Shown here one piece after another: positions 51,083 through 64,000 of a stretch of DNA of 64,000 nt. Below the pieces are notes generated by a model that worked only from the letters and a program-made list of their open reading frames with translations, did no database searches and had not been told where the DNA came from. Made by a program: the position numbers and the translations under genes. Numbering within the stretch: the first letter of the stretch is position 1; each line of letters begins with the position of its first letter. This stretch comes from Auanema rhodensis (Eukaryota; Animalia; Nematoda). The stretch lies in NCBI GenBank assembly GCA_964057225.1, contig OZ059897.1:13020001-13084000 (forward strand). The letters are read 5' to 3'.

Positions 51083-54000
51083 AGTGTTAATCAATTAAAT
51101 AACCCTATATTGTTGTAGGCTTTTGGTTAAAAATACAAATCGTCGCCCTTAGCAACGCTGCTAGCTCTCATCTGTTTGATTTCAAAATGAGAACAAATGA
51201 GAAAAGAATTTACAGACCACTGAAATGCTATCAAAAATTTGTGAGAATTTAACTAAAATGTGGGGAGGGGTGAGTTGAAAATGATGAAAGACCAGAGTAG
51301 AATAAAGTAGTGTGTGTGTATATACCTGAATAGTAAGGCCACTGAGGAATGAAGTAAATACAGCATTCCAGAAACTATCGAAAACCTAGAAATAAGTTTT
51401 TATTAATTGAAATAAATAGAATTTAACAGAAGTTTGTTTATAAATTAAATAAAATTTTTATTATATTATTTGAGATTCATTCAAATATTGTTTCAAAATT
51501 TATTTTTAAAAAAACAATGAAACTTACTTGATAGTATAAGAAAAGAGCCAATAACAGATTCCATAAGATATACATGAGGATAACCATGTAAAGAACAAAT
51601 AACCGTCGTTTTATTGTTCGAACAGTACTCTAAAAATGTATATTTTATTATATTTTACTAAATATTTTATTTGTTAACCTCCAAAAATGGTGATAATATG
51701 GCGTAGACGCAATAACATAACGTTCCGTAAAATAGAGGAATTCCAAATAAACAGTATGTTAATGCAAAAATCTAAAAATCAAATTCGTAATTGGAACAAC
51801 TTGCTTGATATTCAGAATACCTGTCCACCAATTGTGCTCGGAGTTTTAGCTCCATGTCCTAGTGTTAGAAGTAGTCCGTAAGCAAAGTTGAATGAACTTA
51901 GGAATGTCCATTCACTACGATCAGGAGTTTTAATTGCAAGCTGATCTTCATACCGCTTCAGGGATTCTACGAGAATTTGCTGAAAATACCAAGATCAGCT
52001 GATCTTCTCAGTAATACATCTACAATATCTCGAAATATTTTCAAGTTTTCCCTCATATACTATGAACTGAATGCGTAAACTTAGATATATACGTATCTTC
52101 ATTCTACTCATCTGACATATCGAAGTCATCTGAACTTATCGTGATGACATCTTATTCAAAAGTTGATGCTTCATGATTGGACGTTAAGAAACACAATCAT
52201 TATACTCATACGATAGCTTCGGTCGTCAGTTCATCCCTGGAGATTTAATCCAGCTTTTTGCCATGGAATACTTCAAATAAGCTGTCAATTTGCATCTGAA
52301 ATGCTTAGACCACCCCCGATATATCCAAATCATTGCAAAGTTTGGCAAAAAAAAAAGATTTAAAAAAAACCATAGAAAACTTATTTTGGTCACTAACTCA
52401 GTTAGAATATAACATTTAAAATAAATTGTCTTAATTAAATAGCATTCATTAATATTTGACGTGATAATCTTGCTCATGTTAATGAGTTACGTGTATTTGA
52501 AGAATTATTATTATTATTACGTAAACACGTCTTTAGAATGGTTGCATATATTACATTTTTGTTTAATTTATAATTTTCATAGAATTAATATGATAAAAGA
52601 GCAATTCTATCAAATCAGTAAACGTAATATCGTGATTTGATATGAAACAATTTTCTTAAATTTTTGAAATTTTTAGTTTAAAATAAAAATTCCAAGTTTA
52701 AGCTCTTGAAAGACGGTCATTTTTGTCTCTTGGGAATGACTGCCACTCAGTATGTAATTTTTCTTTTTGTGAAAAGAAAGATGATTTCTTCACACGGAAA
52801 AAATGTTAAAAAGTTACGATCTATGATTTGTCTATCAATCAAATTAGAAAATTGTTTTTGTAATTTTTCTAAAATTAAGGTAATTATAATAACTATAACT
52901 ATAATAATTTAATTTCAGTTTCTAGGTATATAACCTATTATGTATTTATACTTTGCTTTCATCGAGTTTTCTATATCAATGAATTAAGATGAAAATTATA
53001 TATAAAGACATATACATGTATATGGTATCATAGGATTGCATCAAAATCCCGGAAGAAATCTGTTTGAATGTTTAAATTGACTTTTAGAAGATATTTACTG
53101 CTTAATGATCTTGGAAGCAAAGATTTGTTTGATGCCCAATTAGTCGTTCTAATGCTTGACTTTGTGCAAACAATCGAAACAAAATACATTACAAGTCTGC
53201 CGTCAGAAATAGAGCCGGATGGTACATGGTTCAGATTTAGTTATATATAGAATAAGAGAACAAGCGATACCGAGGGATATTGATAAAGAGGGCAAAGAAG
53301 AGAGGGTGAAAGAATAGGAAGAGAAAAGATTGAAATAGCCAGATGGTTAGCGGACTTGTTGGCTTTCAATGTAATCAGACATCATTCCAATTTCTTGTAA
53401 TACTTTTTGGAAACTTGTTGAAAGAAGTTTTTTCGGAAGTTTAAACAGCAGAACAAAGAGCAAAAAATATTGCAACAATCTCTTTATATTTATATATTTT
53501 GTTTACAGTACCTATTACATATAAATAGTTTTTAAAATTATTTGTTTATAGATAAGCTATAATAAAATTTATGAATTGCAAAGATATGTTTCATATTCTT
53601 TTCAATATTTTTCTAAAAAGTTGAAACATATATTATAAAAAATAATATTCCCGATGGAGTTTGAATTGAACTGAAGAAACGAAGATTTATATATTTTATA
53701 TAATATATGGGGTTTAATTTAGTCATATCTAGTTAATTATACTAACCTGAACACGTTCAGTTTGATCTCTGTCGATAATGATGAGAAGATTTCGCGTATC
53801 GTTGAAGATTCTGGAGCTGATAGACCGAGCAAAATGTCTTCTGAAACAATATAGCAACATTATATGTTTTTCTATTACCAATATAATGAAAGAAATTTTT
53901 TTTTCTATTTAGCGCCTTAACAAGTTTTTTTTCTCTAGAGCTTATTTTAGAAAATTTGTTCTCAAGGGAGTCAGCAGTCACAACGTCGACAGCTTCATCT

Positions 54001-54344
54001 GATTTCATTTCTGAGTTGAAACCTTGAGATTCGTGGTCTCTTTAAAGATTTCAGCAACAAAAAAAACAAAGAAATATAAATGATTAATGGTATTGAATAA
54101 CCGAACAAAGATTGAAGAAACTATTTCCGTTGAGTATAATCATTACCAACCTATTTACAGCCAAATTCATAAACCATTTACGAATATGACGATCATGGGG
54201 ATCATGCTCAAAGACCCAGAAGCAAGTTGATCCTATGAAAACATAGAAGAAGAGAACTGTAAGAAGAATTGTCCAAGTCCAACGTCGACATTGAACTCCA
54301 GATGCTAATCGCGTTGCAGCGGTGCGAAGACGATCCAGAAGCAT
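50489..54344 (-). CDS. Divergent two-pore-domain (TWK/K2P) potassium-channel family protein (8 exons)
   Basis: M1 (YVFIGSTCFWVFE), cap helices, WTFLSSFNFAYGLLLTLGHG (P1), PSTIGGQIFALTYCLFGIPLF (M2), M3, SFWNAVFTSFLSGLTIQVP (degenerate P2), M4. Exons join in frame to TGA 50489-91. Confidence 0.88.
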
Positions 54345-55833
54345 CTGCAATTTTTAAATGATGAGAAGCAGCAAATAAATGAATATGTATGTTATGAATA
54401 AAGATTTGATAAAAATTTTAGTTAAAAGGATTTTAAGTTTTAAGGATTTTAAGTTTGTGAAAATATCAAGTCTTATACAAAAAGTATGCAACATGATCAT
54501 TTGCCGAATGTGATCAGCTTAGCTGTAACTTTGCCTTTTTGGAAATCAAAATTTGATAAGTTGCGTTAAGAATTTTTAATGATTTAAGAAAAATGAAAGA
54601 TAATTCAAGGAACTGGTAATGTGACATTCAAATGAGAAAAGTTGCGGCTAGAGCAACGTCAGATTTATCCGATGAGCTTGCAGCGGATGAGGTCAGTTGC
54701 GATCACGCAATCGGCCGGATGCTCGTTAGCAAAGCCATATAAAGACTTGTCAGATGCGAAGAAGAACAGTAGAAATCTATGGCGTTAGAATGACGATGAC
54801 GATAGGAGAGAATTCACAATCTGATGATGTCTGAGTTGATGAAAGAGAATGTAGTTAAAGGAGTGTGGAGGCTAAGGCAAAGCAAAATAGTGTAGCTAAG
54901 CTTAGAAGAATTATGGAGAAAATGGGAAGAAGAAGGGGCAGCTCCACCCCTTTAGTTGCTCTGATCTGAAATAGAGATGACAGCGAAAAACTGGTGAAGT
55001 TGGAGGCCAGCTAGAGTTAGATTGATTCAAAGATGACAAAATCAAAGATATGAGGATGAGTGAAGAAAAGAGGGAATTTGACAAAAGAGTAAAGAAAATC
55101 TATGAATATTATTAAAACTGAGTGGAAAATATCTTACTTTATTAAAATAGTCGACATGTCCAAGAACTGACTGAAAAGGATACAGTAAGTTGCTGGAAGT
55201 TGCAGCCATAATTCTATAAATAAGTTTATTCAAAGAAAGTTTTAAGAATGCAAACATAGTTTGAGGAAATATAAGCATATATAGATACAGATGTTCACGT
55301 ATTTTATTTGAAAATCATATCATACAATTTTATCTCAATATTTCTGTTAAACAAAAGAAAATCAAATCAAATAGAAAGTAAAATAGAATATAAAATATAT
55401 AGACGAAAACTAAAATAATACCTATTCCAATCGTTAGTAAAAGAGAAAAAAAAGTGAACATTTTTTTGAAAATGGAATAGGATGAGTATGAACAAGAAAA
55501 AAATCCAGGATTGCAATCGGAGCATTCCGAAGACTAATGAGCAAGAGCAAATTCAAACTAATCTGATCACAAATTCTCGTCAAAATCTAATGATAGAACT
55601 TTAACTATATGATAGAAATGTATTAAAAATATAAAATAGCCACTTTCATATAAAATATAGTTAAAAAAATAAAATTTTATTTAGTTAATTTAACCAATTA
55701 ACTTATCTGGTCTTTGAAATACATACACATGAACATGAACACATACATACATATATCAGACTTATTTCTCTTAAGCAAAGACAGAAGGAACTGAAATGCA
55801 TTTAGACTCAAAGACAAAAGGAAGAGTAGTAGC

Positions 55834-55837
<4 letters not shown>

Positions 55838-55910
<73 letters not shown>

Positions 55911-55914
55911 AGAG

Positions 55915-55956
<42 letters not shown>
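55838..55956. repeat. Long interrupted (GA)n microsatellite
   Basis: About 120-nt GA run with a few interruptions. Confidence 0.95.
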
Positions 55957-55959
<3 letters not shown>

Positions 55960-56401
55960 ATATAAAGAAAAAGAAAGAAAAATAGAAGGAATCAATGTTA
56001 TCTATCTCAATGTAATCTCATCATACAGAGTGTTAAAAGGATAAAAGCTAAGTTTTGGGTGTTGTAGACGATAGAGCTTGCTTCCTTCCTTTTGCCTATT
56101 CGTTCAATTGCCCTGCTTGTAAGCTTTTCGATGTTCCAAGAATTTTAAAAGAGAAATTAAAGAACATTGATTCTAAATATATTTGAATATTAAAGTTTGT
56201 TACAATATAATATAAAGTATAACGATTTATTTTTTTAAAATTAAAGTAAACAAATCAAACAAACAAAATAAAAGATATGATTAATTAATAATTATATGTT
56301 TTAAATACAAAAATTTAGAAAACTATCATATTTCTCTATTAAATACATAAATATTAAAAATAAAAGAAAATATAAATATGTAAAGTGCATCGGTTGTTGC
56401 A

Positions 56402-57246
56402 TTAAATAGTTTGGATGTTTTGTTTTTCTGTTTTTCTGAAGACCATTTTAGAGATTGATACCTCCATATCCGAACACGACGTAGATCATCTTCAACTGTT
56501 TCACTAAAAAAAATAAAATAATTCTTAATAATAATAATATAAAAAGGTTTTACTATTACCTAACTGTAACGTTTTGACACCAGCAATATGCTAGTTCAGG
56601 ATGTGATATAGATGGCTGACAAGCATCATTAGTTATTCCATTAGCCAATTGATCTCTTACAAGAGAAGCTAACTGCCATTCTGTACCGCAATATTCACCT
56701 ATGGTATTTCCTTAAATAAATATTACTTAATAAAAATTTATAAAAAAATAATTTTAGTTATTGATTTGGGTTTAATGAAAACTTTTTTTTTTTTTAATTT
56801 CTATAGATAATCATGTATGACGAAGAGCTATTAATATACTACATATATTACATATACTATATGATGAAACGAGAAATTTAATTTAAAAACTGGTAATAAT
56901 TAGATAATAAAATTTATTTAATTAATAGATAATAAGAATATCTAAAATTACCTCTTAAACCATTTTTCAGAGTATAACAGAAAGGTAATGGCTGACACCG
57001 ACGTAAATCACAAAAAGGACATTCTGGTAATGGAACTCCATTAGATGGAATTGAAACTATTATTTCATTTCTTTTATATTCTGTATAAGAAATATGATTA
57101 GATGCTGAATTTGAAGATAATGTTGAAGTTGGGGTTGTAAGTGAAATTGAACTTGAAATTGTCGGTAATAATGGTAACAATGATGATGACGATGATGTTA
57201 CATTACTTATTATTAAACTTGGAGCTAGAAGTAATGATAAATTCAT
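56402..57246 (-). CDS. Unknown protein with a Ser/Thr-rich region and a Cys-rich domain (at least 3 exons; 5' end uncertain)
   Basis: Exons at about 56952-57246, 56560-56711 and 56402-56503 join in frame: ...ECPFCDLRRCQPLPFCYTLKNGLRGNTIGEYCGTEW...ACQPSISHPELAYCWCQ...*. Confidence 0.65.
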
Positions 57247-59724
57247 CTGAAATTCAAATCTTTTAAATTAAATAATTTAAGTATAATTCAGTTAAAAATA
57301 GAAATATATTATTAAAATTATAAAACTAACTCAAAATTACAAAAAAAAACTTTAAAAACATTGAACACAAATGTAAATTAATAATTGAAATATTATGTTT
57401 CGAAAACTTCTTAAAATCAATATTCGACACAAAATTTTAAAATAAGAGAAACGTACTAATATTTTCTTTTCTGAAAAGGAAAATATATTATTATCTGGGT
57501 GAGAAGAACAAAAAAAAGCGAAATAATGTCTGGCTTATAGGATACAGCTCATTCCGAATGGATGGAAGGCAATTGACAGGATGAGCAGAAAGCTCAATGC
57601 CTTGGATGAAATACCCCCGGGGATATGTGTCAGACAAATGGGGTTGCATGACTTTCACGAAAAACAACAATAAAATGTTCGTTTGAATTGTTTTAAACTT
57701 AATTTAAACTCTTCATGGAGAGTTATAGGACTTTTGAATTCGATGAAGTTTCTCAGTTGTTTTATACTTCAAAGTTGTTAGAATCACACATTCATCCTTT
57801 ATATTCTCCTTTTTTTCGTTTAAGAAGACTTTAAGTTTAGAGTTCTCCAATAGTCCACAAGATTAGTTTCGTTTAAAAGCTTTTGAGAATAGTCGTCCCT
57901 TATTGTTTCAAAAGTACCCTATTCATTTTCTTAAAACATTTTTTTTTGTTTAATACAGAAATTTTAGTCTAAATCAAATAGTTTAATTCTATCATCTGAT
58001 TACTGTATAATGTAAAGATCATCTGTGTGATCCATCGTCCCAGAATTGTTCCATGACTTTACATCTTGGGATCCTTCATGGCTTTTCCTCAAGACAACTC
58101 TTATGTGCATTCCACAATCTTCCAGATTTTTAATTCAGCCCCCTCATCCCAGTAAGATTATCGTAATCTTTTTCTTTGATCCTTCACCTCTCTCCAAAAT
58201 CTCTCTCAATTTCCAATTGATTCCGTACTTTACCTCCCCGGAGGTTGAACGCTCGGAGCGTCATTTTTAAGATCCATCATATCTACCACGCATATCCTCC
58301 GGCTTTTCCCTTTTTTATGATAAAGAAATGTTATTTTTACAATAAATATGATAGAAGATATCAATATGAATATAAAAATATCAAATTTTTAAAAATGACA
58401 TAGGAAAATTAATCAGAAATGTACATCGAACATAAAAGTGAATCAAACATTGGTATAAGCATTAAGATGTGAAGATTTTGAATCAGAATTCAAAATTGGA
58501 CGATCTCGTCATATGTACAAGATATATACATGAATACAATATCAGATCTTGTGTAATGTTCATTGAAACTACAAGGTGTAATGGTTAGAACGAAGAATGT
58601 TTCATCAATGCACAACTACGATTTCGGTCATTTCAAGTTTCTTTAGAGTATATTTGTTTTTTTCAACTTAAAATTGAAACTTTGTTCTCTATTACCCCTG
58701 ACCTTTTTTTTGGTACTAGAGTTTAGAAGGTCAGGGTAGGTAGGTAAGGATTTAGATGACGAAGAAATAAAAAATCAGGCCAAGGCAATAGAAGACAGAA
58801 CTTGATGAGGGTGATTCGATGCCTTGATCTCTCCACCATATAACAACAACATCGGTTTTTTCTTTTCTTTTTCATCAAAAAAAGAATTTGCAAGATGCTT
58901 ATATCAGGGTAATTGTTCTGAATAGCAACGTTCATTCTTTGTATATTGAACGAGTTTCAATTTTACTGTTTAATTTCCTGAACACTATTATATATATATA
59001 TGTACAGTCACACTAACTATATACTATGTTATAACTTATTTTATTATACATATTATAATATATAATACTATTAGCTCACTTATCCAATGAAATTTTCTTT
59101 AATTTGTTTTTCATACTCTTCTGTTTCTTCGTTGAACTGTTCGACGATCCTTTTTGACTTTGATCGTCTTTCTCTCTGATTGTTGTCTGTTGCCAGTACT
59201 TCATCATCATCCTCGTCATAACCACGTTAAACAACAGTGAAAAGCTGTCTATGGCAACTAAACTGCATCTAGCAACAAGTTTTTATTTGACAATCGAGAA
59301 AATATGATTAACCGAAAATACACATATCTCTGATTCATATAACACATCTTATACCAGCTTTTTCCTTTATTATTTTTTTCTATCTCTGAATCTTTCTCTT
59401 TTTTTGTTTCCTAAATGGTAATAGACGTCATCTTTGACTAATTTATTTCTCTCTTATAGTTCTAAACTTTCTCTTTCTCCTTTTTTCGATTTCATGGGAT
59501 GGATACAGAACGAAATGGATTATAAGAAACAATAGTCATATCCGCAAATATTTTTAGTTTAACGTCTTCTATTCTATATCGTATTTACTTCCTTTTTAGT
59601 GTAAGATATAATCTAAATAGTTATTTACGTAAATCTATACATATAAATATTTAAATTCTTTCATTTTCTTTTTTTTTTGTTTAAAGTTCTTTATAATCTT
59701 AATATATTTTCAGATCTGTCAAAA

Positions 59725-61000
59725 ATGGTTGAAGATAAAACTGTCGAATCGTCTCCAGCTGTAGAGTATTCTGAGGATTTTGCTGATATTGACGGTCAAA
59801 AGATTGGGTACTGTAAATATGGTAGTGGTCCTGAAATAGTTGTTTGTATTTGTGGAGCAGTTGGTTTGAGTTTATTATATTATACTTATACTTAATTTTC
59901 TGTTTGAGGTAGTTACAAGAAAGATTGGCCATTGACTCTTCTCAAGCATTTTGATCCTACATTTGTTACAATCATCTGTTTAGATCCTCCAGGATATGGT
60001 AGTTTCTGGAATAGTTTGATGAACACAATCTGAATGAATTATTTCAAGGAACATCCCGTCCACCAGAGCGAGTTCAAGAAGTTGCTCGTTGCACCAAGGA
60101 TGGTGTCATAGTCAATAAGCTTATGGAAGTAATAACAACTGTTTATTCAATTCTTATTTATTATTTGTACATTGATAGAAATTAGAAATTCCAAAATATA
60201 CTGTAATGGGATGGTCCGAGGGTGCGAGAACATCTATTCACGTTGCTGCTCGCGGTAAAGAGAAGGTGAAGAGAATGATTCTATTAGCTGCTGGATCTCA
60301 GGTCACCAAGCTTGGTGCCATGGCTTTTTCGGGTATTTTGCACATTTGAATCTATTATGATCTTATACTATAGGAATGAAAAATACTGATCATTGGTTAC
60401 CATCTGCTCGCGCTCCATACTTGGAGCACTATCCAAATGAATATCTACGTGTTCAATGGGCAGCTCTTTGTGATGTTGTGCAACAGTAGGTTTTCATTAG
60501 CATTGTAAACATATCAAGTTCTGCGCTTTTGAAATTTTAAGCTTAAATCAATGTCATGTATTTCGTATGCAAATTAGTATTTTAACAGAAACATATAATT
60601 TTCATTTTCGCCATGCTATTACAATTGACCGGTTGCATCACATCTATAATTTTTTTTTCTTCTTACCCATGCTGTTTTCAAATATTCAATTTCTCAGAGT
60701 TTATGATTTCTGTGGAGGTCGCTTTCCTTGTGATTATGAATTGCCAAAAATTACCTGTCCATCACTTCTTGTTAATGGAGGACAAGATAGATTCTGTGGT
60801 GATCCTAAAGGATTTTTGAATGCCTTGAAAAATGCAAAGTAATGGAAATATTATATTATAATATATATAATTTACGCTAATATTTAATTTTCAGACTTGA
60901 AGTTCATGCTCAAGGTGGTCATGACTTCTATATGAAATATCCTAAATGGTTTTCAGAGAAAATTCAAACATTTATCAGAGATACAGCATCGAAATGCTGA
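59725..61000 (+). CDS. Alpha/beta hydrolase, BPHL/valacyclovir-hydrolase-like (8 exons)
   Basis: GSGPEIVVCICGAVGS, DPPGYGTSRPP, nucleophile elbow GWSEG, LLVNGGQD (catalytic Asp) and GGHDF (catalytic His). TGA at 60998-61000. Confidence 0.9.
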
Positions 61001-62981
61001 TACGTAGTCAACATATTATTGAATCTTTTAAAAACATCTAGTATATTTCATCTTAGACAAGCATATATACATATATTTTATATATTATATTATATATAGT
61101 AGATAGTATATATGAAAATTTTTTTATATATTTTTGTGAATTTATGAAATAAATTATAAAAAATATATTGAAATCATTTGTTTTAATTGTTCGTTATCCC
61201 ATACAAACAATCAAACAGTAAATAAAAAAAATATTATTATTCCTGAGAATATTTTTGTTGAACAAGAAATAAGGAAAAAACATCCGAAAGTAGAGCTGAA
61301 GTTCCCGTATTTTCATACATTTATTCAACTGTATAATAGTTTCGAGATGTTTCTCAATCTGTGTTTGTGAGCTTTAACACAATTTCTGAATCCAATTCTC
61401 ATTTTATGAATATATTTAACATTATCTTTTAATTGTTCAATATAAGTATGTTTCCGGATTCAGTCCAAATAATTATGCCATCATATGATTATCAGTTGGA
61501 CACAACTGTCTTTTTATAGAAAAGCACAATAATAAGATATATCAATGATGCATATAAATATTATATAGATAGATATATACAAATATATATATATAGCTGA
61601 AAGAACTGGATGATATAGCAATTTGAAAATAATCTAAATTTAGAAGCAAATTACGTCATTGTTGAGTTAGAGCATGATGTGATAAAAGACGAGTTGATGT
61701 AAAAATTAAACAGTATGACTGAAAAGATGAAGTAATAATAGAATTGTGAGTGATAGAAATACGACAGATGAATTACCTACATAATTAGAGAATTAGAAAA
61801 TGACGAAAGAGAAAGAAAAAGTGGAGAGATTATAAAGCAATGAAGAAATGAAATGTTGATTGAAAACGAAAGAAACGTAATATGTAGAGAGGATACCACT
61901 AACAGGTTGCTTAATCATCTAGAAGTTAATCATTTGATTCGTTGAGATGAAGTACGAAGATAGAATATTTCAAGTGATTCTCGTTATTCAATATAAACTA
62001 ATTTTTTCATTTTGAAATTATTCAAATATGGATGATTATGATCTTTCTGGACTGTTTCAATATCTCAGATCACTGTTTTGATATTAATTCAAATGATGAC
62101 GATATGTTATTGTTTCCAAGAAAAGAAATTACTTACATCAATTTTTTGTTTATTGTTTTGAAATAGAAAATAATTATCAAACGATTTATAATCACATAAC
62201 TATATGTACATATATACATGTATGTCTTTATCATCTATATATAGATGTTAAGAAATAAAAACAGATATAGAGATAAAGTGGTGAAAGAGAGGGAAAAGAA
62301 ACAGAATGAAAGAAGGAGAGAGAGAGAGAAAGAGAAAGAGAATGAGTTACATATACAACAAATATAGCTAGTTTTATATCTGATAGATAAAGATGGGCCG
62401 TAAGCGTTGCCCAGGGCAACTTACAAAAAAAGTCAAATGAGATCCTTTTCAGTTATGTACCCCTCACTCATCTCTCTATTTCTCTTTACCTATACCACCA
62501 CCATTATCTTTTCTTTGCTTACTCCACTGCTCATACTCTTTCTTCAAATTTACCCATGTTGTCTATCTATCTATTCAGCCATCCGCCTAGCTGATTCTGC
62601 TTCTTTCGTTACCACAGAAGCTTACCAACCATAGTCATTATCAAGAACTGAACCTACACTCGTGCCGCTCATGTTCCACCTCTGTTCCAATCTTTCTCAA
62701 TTTTACATAAATATTGTGTAATAGTATTATAAATTCCTTAAATATTCACCGAATATTCTTCTGAGCCTATTTCTCAACAAAAATCATCCATTCTGCCTGT
62801 CTAGCATAATTACATATATTATATAATCAAAATACTTGAACGCATTACCTATTCAGAGAAAAAAACTATTATTCCAATAACCATAACTATAAACAGTATA
62901 AAGAGGTTTCTTATTTCTACTGAAATAGCTTTTCCTAATTCAAAAAATTTCAGTTTATCCCTCGCACATAATGGCTTCCCG

Positions 62982-63257
62982 ATGGAGTCAAACGGGGTAT
63001 CTATCGAAATCTACAAGTAATTTAAGTAAAATTACTTCTCTTGGGTATTCCATTAGTTTTTTCTTTTTTTTTTAATTTTTAAAAAAAGTTTAATATAATT
63101 CTGAATTTTTTTTCAGTTCGACTCCACAGTTACATGATCATCATGAACATCTTCAGCATCATCCTGCTGATGCTTATCTATCAACTAGTGCTCGTATTAC
63201 TCCACTAGGATATAATGCTCGACATCGACGTGTATCAACTGGCGGACAATATCGAAG
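62982..63257 (+). CDS. 5' exons of an unidentified gene that continues beyond the window
   Basis: MESNGVSIEIYN|STPQLHDHHEHLQHHPADAYLSTSARITPLGYNARHRRVSTGGQYR| across a canonical intron at 63017-63116, with a further donor at 63258. Confidence 0.5.
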
Positions 63258-64000
63258 GTTAGTAAACGAAAATCAAAAGAAAAATATTTGAAGGAAATCT
63301 TCTTTTTTTTTTGTGAAAATCATTAATTTATAAAAGATAATTATCAGTTATCATTCTCAATTTGTTCTTCGCGTGAGTTTTGAGAAAAGAGTTTGAATTT
63401 GATTGTTATCTTCATATTCATTTATCAAGAGGATATATCGGTTGTTTTTATAATTTAATTCATTCAATTCAAATTGAATACAGATGTATGTAGATGTATG
63501 TATATGTATAATATATACATACACTTAGTATATTATATACATATAGTGCATATATAAAACAAATTAATATTTTCATCATATGTATAGTTAAATCATCTAT
63601 CTTTGATCCATTGTTTTCAACATAGCTTTTGATGTATAAAAGATATTAATAAACTTCAAAAAGATATAATTATAATTGGCAATGGGTAAGAAACATTGAC
63701 GACATCTTCAAATTAATTGAAGCATAAATAAAAGTTAATCTAATGGATATATGATTATGTAAACTTAAATTCTAGAATTTAAACTTAAATATTTCATTTG
63801 TATTCTGACAACTGTTTACATATAAATTGGCTTAATTTGATATTTTTCTTTCTGGTAGATCGAATCATGTGATAGCGAATCTCATGAATCTTAAGGTTTA
63901 GTTGAATAGAGAGAAAGAAGAGGGGATAGAAAAATACGAAAAAGGAATAGCTAAACAAGCTGATACGAATAAAGAATAATTTGAAACATTCTTATTATAT

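Noticed and set aside
55771-56044. ORFs encoding (ER)n or (LS)n
   Set aside because: Translations of the (GA)n microsatellite; the same applies at about 1000-1250, 6400-6640 and 62230-62420.
1-64000. Transposons, CRISPR arrays, rRNA or spliced-leader RNA genes
   Set aside because: No transposase or reverse-transcriptase motifs, terminal repeats, repeat-spacer arrays, rRNA or SL1/SL2 sequences were recognisable by eye; short MITEs could have been missed.

Overview
AT-rich eukaryotic genomic DNA with many 40-55 nt GT-AG introns and TTTCAG/TTTTAG acceptors. Gene content and splice signals indicate a rhabditid (clade V-like) nematode. Spliced genes reconstructed by hand, in order: a die-1-like C2H2 zinc-finger factor (+); a small orphan gene (+); let-19/MED13 (-); a probable decayed gene (-); a highly remodelled prominin-family pentaspan protein (+) with tRNA-Cys in one intron; a PAP2 lipid phosphate phosphatase (+); snr-3/SmD1 (-) head-to-head with rsp-5 (+); a prothymosin-like acidic protein (+) with long structured introns; a K2P/TWK channel with degenerate selectivity filters (-); a Cys-rich unknown (-); a BPHL-like alpha/beta hydrolase (+); and the 5' end of a gene running off the window. 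Most worth checking: MED13 has no in-frame AUG before its conserved N-terminus, only an AUG-UAA start-stop; the prominin has a mucin first loop and almost no second loop; about 7 kb of structured non-coding sequence lies around the prothymosin-like gene; conserved-family miRNA seed sites occur in the die-1 and let-19 3'UTRs; and several introns need AAG or GAG acceptors. Orthology calls rest on remembered motifs, not database searches.
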